Source of the DNA: Octopus vulgaris
Lineage: Eukaryota
Length of the DNA: 64,000 bases
Direction of reading: 5' to 3'
Assembly: GCA_951406725.2 (NCBI GenBank)
Contig: OX597823.1
Location: 31,434,001-31,498,000, forward strand
The notes under the pieces were generated by a model, which did no database searches, was not told the origin of the DNA, and worked only from the letters and a program-made list of their open reading frames with translations. Position numbers and translations under genes: made by a program. Position 1 is the first letter of the stretch. The number at the start of each line of letters is the position of its first letter. This document shows positions 58,674-64,000 of this stretch, piece after piece.

Positions 58674-58756
58674 AAATTCTCTTAGTTCTATTAGGCGTTT
58701 GTTCCTGATATTTGCATCTTATATATATGTATATATATACACACATACATGTATAG

Positions 58757-58882
58757 GGTAGCGAGCTGGCAGAATCGTTAGCACGCCGGGCAAAATGTAC
58801 TGGGGTCGATGTAATCGACTTAATCCCTTTGTCCGTCCTTCTTTGTCCCCTCTATGCTTAGCCCCTCTGTGGGCAATAAAGT
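58757..58882 (+). mobile_element. Internally deleted SINE B with tail B
   Basis: The head joins directly to TACTGGGGTCGATGTAATCGAC and tail AGCCCCTCTGTGGGCAATAAAG. Confidence 0.75.
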
Positions 58883-58883
58883 A

Positions 58884-58954
<71 letters not shown>

Positions 58955-59452
58955 TGTGTGTGTGTGTCTGCGTGTACGTGTAGGGTGAGTACGTTTACAG
59001 TGCTTTTCTCCACGCTAGCGTAGCTTTGACGATGACATATTTGAGGCAAGGATTTGCTGGTGATTGCTCTTCTAGTCATCAACTTTCAATGGTTTTAAAG
59101 TAAAGGATTGTTATTGTCTCACAGATCTTCAAAATTGATCGGTCGTAATAGCAACAATAAATGTAGGCTTCACTATGTATTCATCTTTCGATAACACGTG
59201 AAGTTGTGGCTTTTCGACATTCACGCACATTTACACACACATATCCACACACGATAGTTATTGAAAAGGTTGCAGGAAGAATCGAAAGAGCTTTGACAAA
59301 CAAACAAAAAATCGGATATTTAATAAATGAGTGGAATTGAACCACTGTGTGTGTTAATTATATTGGCATAATAACTCTCCCAAGCATAGCAAAATTTGCT
59401 TCAACACACGAATTCACACAAAGAATCTTGCAAACTAGATCTAAAAACGAAG

Positions 59453-59516
<64 letters not shown>

Positions 59517-59552
59517 CCTACATATATACGCATACAGAAACAGAGAGTGGGA

Positions 59553-59585
<33 letters not shown>

Positions 59586-59618
59586 CCTACATATATACGC
59601 ATACAGAAACAGAGAGTG

Positions 59619-59696
<78 letters not shown>

Positions 59697-59709
59697 GAGA
59701 AAGAAAGAG

Positions 59710-59764
<55 letters not shown>

Positions 59765-59872
59765 AAGAAAGAGAGAAAGAAAGAAAGAAAGAGAGAAAGA
59801 AAGAAAGAAAAAAAGAAAGAGAGAAAGAAGGAAAGAAAGAAAGAAAGAAAGAAAGAAAGAGAGAAAGAAGGA

Positions 59873-59904
<32 letters not shown>

Positions 59905-59998
59905 AATAAAGAGAGAAAGAAGGAAAGAAAGAAAGAAAAAAGAGAGAGAAAGAAAGAAAGAAAGAAAGAAAGAGAAAGAAAGAGAGAGAGAGAGAGAG

Positions 59999-60048
<50 letters not shown>

Positions 60049-60089
60049 CAAGAGAGAGAGAGAGAAAGAAAGAAAGAGAGAGAGAAAAA

Positions 60090-60137
<48 letters not shown>

Positions 60138-60166
60138 GGGAGAGAGAAAGAAGGAAAGAAAGAAAG
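59453..60166. repeat. (GA)n/(GAAA)n polypurine tract with a ~70-bp local duplication
   Basis: AGATACCTACATATATACGCATACAGAAACAGAGAGTGGGAAG occurs at ~59512 and ~59581, followed by about 500 bp of GAAA repeats. Confidence 0.92.
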
Positions 60167-61181
60167 CTCTAATCAGTTGTTTAACCCAATCTAAGAAAAA
60201 TATATTTGAGACTCATCTATTGGAGAATCTTATCAGTGAGTCCGTGTGTCTATTAAACACATCCTATATTCACATTTGAATTTTATTTCTATATCATGAA
60301 AATTCAATCAACAATGGATATAGATACACGAAGTGCTAGAAATAGCAGATGTTCTCCATTATAACTCATACTTATAAGAGGAGAGGATGCATTGGATAAT
60401 GTATTTCCGCTTCCACTCCTTTCCTGTTCTCATTTCCATTCTCGCGTCCGAAGTGCTTAGCTTGTTATCTCTTACTGTTGCTCTTGTGTTGAACTACAAA
60501 AGACCTACAATAGAGTGCATTTCTCTTATTCAACTTAGGACAGAAAGAGGTCACCAAGTGGAAGTACGAAAATTAGTCATAAACAGATTACGTTGGACGT
60601 TAAACATGATGTTTTACAAAGGATTAATATGAGAGAAAATATTTATCTATATATTGCACAATCATTAAACTTACAAAGTTTCCAGTGGGAATTCTAGGTG
60701 ACGAAAATAAACAAAATTAGCTCATGGGCTGAAACAGCTATTCCGTTGTCTGCTCGAATATTGTTTTCCTTTTGATTTTCCTTTCATAGATCTAATATGA
60801 TGTTTGATAGGGGACGGCTCCTGCGTGTATGGATCAACGTTCAGTTTGGATGAAATATACCGCTAAGGACGATGACCGTCCAAGTAAATGCTAAAGGTCT
60901 GGAGAGCGGTTAACTGAAACAGAAAGGCGCGGTTTCTAGTATAAGAACATTTCTGGTTAGTAAAGACTGGTTTAAAAGACTTAAGAGGAACCTGACTTTT
61001 CACAATATTAAAATTACCAAAGCCAGCCAAAAGAAATGAAGTAAATGACTGCTAAAGAAAACTGCTAACCAGAACAAATATATAATGTTGATGGAAGCAG
61101 ACATTTCTGGAAGTGTGGGTCTGCTACAACTTTAGTTTCAAGCAAAGAGAAAGCAGCACCAGCTTTAAAGCTTCACTGTAA

Positions 61182-61566
61182 TCTCTCTATATATAAACGG
61201 CAGTTTGTCTGTGTGTGTTTCTGTGTGTCTGTTTGGTTGTACCCTCACCCTGACCACTGCTTTCAACCGATTCTGATGAAATTTGACACACACATAGCCC
61301 AATGTCATAATTCAAAACTAACGCAGCGAAAATTTTGAAAAGTTCCCCCAGTTCTGAAAAAAATCGATAAATTCGACATGGGGTCGAGAATCAGAAACAC
61401 AAACCACAGACTGTCTAGGGGACGCAACTCGACCTTTTTTAACTCTCAAAAAAAATTTACCATCATTTTTTTTCCATTTTTTTGCTATTTTTTGGCTATA
61501 ACTCTCTAAAAATGCTTTATAGTTATTTCCCTTACAAACCTGTGCAACGCCGGGCGATACTGCTAG
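61182..61566 (+). mobile_element. Non-autonomous Helitron
   Basis: A|TCTCTATATATATAAACGGC start; CCTGTGCAACGCCGGG subterminal hairpin and CTAG|T end. Confidence 0.87.
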
Positions 61567-62427
61567 TATAAAATAAAAGCCAATGCTTGTGTTTCTGTCC
61601 TAAAATCTAAGCTAAGTTCAATCAAGTTAGGATTTGTCATTCGAATAAAAAGGCTTCTTCGGGCTAAAAGATTTTTTTCAAAAATCTGTACACATTTTTG
61701 GCCTGGCATAAAAATGTACATTCTTTTCTACTCTAGGCACAAGGCCCGAAATGTTTTGGTGGTGGGGAGGGGCCAGTCGATTAAATCTACCCCAGTATGC
61801 AACTGGTACTTAATTTATCGTCACCGAAAGGATGAAAAGCAAAGTTGACCTCGGCGGAATTTGAACTCAGAACGTAAAGACAGACAAAATACCGCTAAGC
61901 ATTTTGCCCAGCGTGCTAAGCATTTTGCCTAGTTTCTGCCAGCTAGCCATTGCCAAGTGCAATGATTCCAACAAAGCGTTGCTCCTATAACTCAGTACAC
62001 TCTGATGCCGATGAATACAAGTGAACTTTCTGGTAAAGCAAGAGAGGAATATATCCCTCTCTATATAATCTCTTGGCTGCAACTGATAATTGACAAAACT
62101 GGCGAACCTAAATGCGCTCACAATAAGTAACTGAAGACTAGCAATAAAGACCAGGAGAAAGCTTTTGGTATGTCACTGTAAACAGGGTTTGTGTGTAGAG
62201 TGTCCCGAATCATCTTATATGACTGCTTCTCTGTATCGGGAAAACTTAAACACTGTCAACTCTTTACGTTCTGAGTTCAAATCCCGCCCAGGTTAATCAC
62301 ACCTCTCATCCTTTTGCAGTAGATAAAATAAGCACCAGTTAAGTAGAGGGGTTCGATGTAATCGACAAACCCCCTCCAACAAAATGTCAGGCCTTTTTTG
62401 CTTATGGTAAAATAAATTATTATTATT

Positions 62428-63905
62428 TTTACTTCTCTGAGATCTCGGTCTTATTCTGGTTAATTCTGTGAGAGCGGACAGCATCCTATTGTCAAAGGTT
62501 TCACAGGGTCTCTTTCTACGAATTATAAGACTTGGTCCACTGCTGTTACGTTTCGAGGAGGACTCTCAACACCAAAATCCTACCTTCTCCCAAAAAAGCA
62601 GTTTTAGGGGCCTGCTCTGTTATTATTTAAATTCCGATTTCTTTGACATATTTCTCGAACTTGGTTGTTATTGCTCCCAAGTACCCTTACAACTACTGAG
62701 ATAACAGTTACTCTCCTCATTGCCCCCATTCCTGAAATTTTGTCTTTTAGTAGCTTGTATTTCTCCACCTTTTCCAGCTCTTTGTCCCCTACGCGTGTGT
62801 CCCCAGCAATGGCAATATCTATGAACTTAGTTTCTTTTTTTCCTTTTTATTATCTACAACAATATCTGTTCTCCGAGCATCGATTAGGACGTCACATTGG
62901 ATTGTAAAATCCTACAAGATCTTACATTCCTTATTTTCATTGACACCATCCCACTTGTCCACCGACTTGTGGTACGGCTTCATCCAAGACCGTACCTTTC
63001 CCACAGTCTCTAGTGAACGAACTTAGCCACGTTATCGTACCTCCTTTTATAGTGTTTATCCATCAGTTTGATACACTCATTCACAATATGTGAAATTGTT
63101 TCATTTTTGATGCCACACATTCTACAAGCGGGCGATTCATTACTCCTTTTTGTTTGGAACTTGGTGTAATCAGGTCTGAGCTTACTCCAAGGCGATGCAA
63201 TCAATGCCTCATTGCCTTCCTTCAAATTACTTTTCCTTGGCCACCTCCAGGTGTTGGTCCAATTTTCCCCTTCAATTTCTCTGAGATATTGCCCATGAAT
63301 TGTTTTCATTTTCCAGTTGTCGATTCTTTCTTCATTTTGTTTCCTTTTAGCTGTGTCACATTTTCAGCATGTATCGTGTTGCTGTTTCTAACAGTGGCAA
63401 GCAAGAGTTCACTCTGCTATTTGACGTACCATCTCAGACCATTTACCTCGTTAACACAGATCTTGCATCCTTTGAGGTCACGTCCTCGCTTGTCTCTTGG
63501 TCACATACAGTCTATCGATATCGCTTTTGGGGCGCAGTTCCTTCATCATTGTCATCATTTTCCTGGTTTTTCAATCCATTTCCTCGAGTTCGTTCTTTCT
63601 CCACCTAACAACACTTATGTCGCATTGCATTAAGGAAACATTCCATGTATTCATTGCCCTGGTCTTGTTTTTTCCATTGAATCTACTCTCCATAATTAAT
63701 TTGGTTCTTTTGCAGTATCCTTGCCCAAAGCTTCCCTTTATCTTGCTCTCCTTAATTTTATCATTCTCCAAAATAACCAGATACTTATAGTCATTCATCT
63801 CAACATCCTTGATTCTCTCCCGTGGCGTAGTTCTACACCACCAGATGATATTATTTTGCCTTTTTATGATAAGCATGTCACACTTTTTAATCCCAAATTC
63901 CATTC
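62428..63905 (-). mobile_element. Second, more decayed R4/Dong-like LINE 3' fragment
   Basis: MEFGIKKC, YKYL.ILE, RFNGKNKTRAMNTW, HGQYLR, CRMCGIKNETISHIVNEC..YKRR.D. Short (TAA)n tracts lie at both ends. Confidence 0.85.
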
Positions 63906-64000
63906 ATTACTGTAATTATTATTATTATTAAGGCGGCGAGCTGGCAGAATCGTTAGCACTCCGGGCAAAATGCATAGCGGTATTTCGTCTGCCGCGACGT

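Larger units (their letters stand above)
57290..58715 (-). mobile_element. 5'-truncated Penelope-like retroelement with 3' pseudo-LTR
   Basis: GIY-YIG ORF, then CCAATCAG boxes (57586-57646), a TATTTATAG box (~57531), a hammerhead motif, AATAAA and (TA)n. Confidence 0.88.

Noticed and set aside
61273-61285. CTGATGAAA inside the Helitron
   Set aside because: Part of the Helitron 5' subterminal motif (CCGATTCTGATGAAATTTG); it lacks hammerhead stems.

Overview
AT-rich, microsatellite-saturated eukaryotic non-coding DNA. The SINE repertoire and repeat texture resemble an octopus/cephalopod genome (inference from recalled repeat families, not a database hit). No host protein-coding exon could be supported: most ORFs in the track are translated microsatellites, and those with real motifs are decayed transposon fragments (R4/Dong-like, Tx1-like, RTE-like, CR1-like, Penelope GIY-YIG, a Chapaev-like transposase). 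Also present are one tRNA-Glu(CTC) gene, non-autonomous Helitrons, MITEs and over 30 tRNA-derived SINE copies. Two patterns stand out. (1) About a dozen hammerhead-ribozyme-like motifs from several short families, many inside long inverted repeats and ending in (TA)n, two of them downstream of Penelope endonuclease remnants; some share a recurrent CCGAnGA core. (2) A SINE subfamily whose ~47-nt 3' tail matches the 3' end of the Tx1-like LINE in this window and which forms head-less 184-bp concatemers, including a TSD-bounded pentamer. Coordinates were read by eye and may be off by a few bases.
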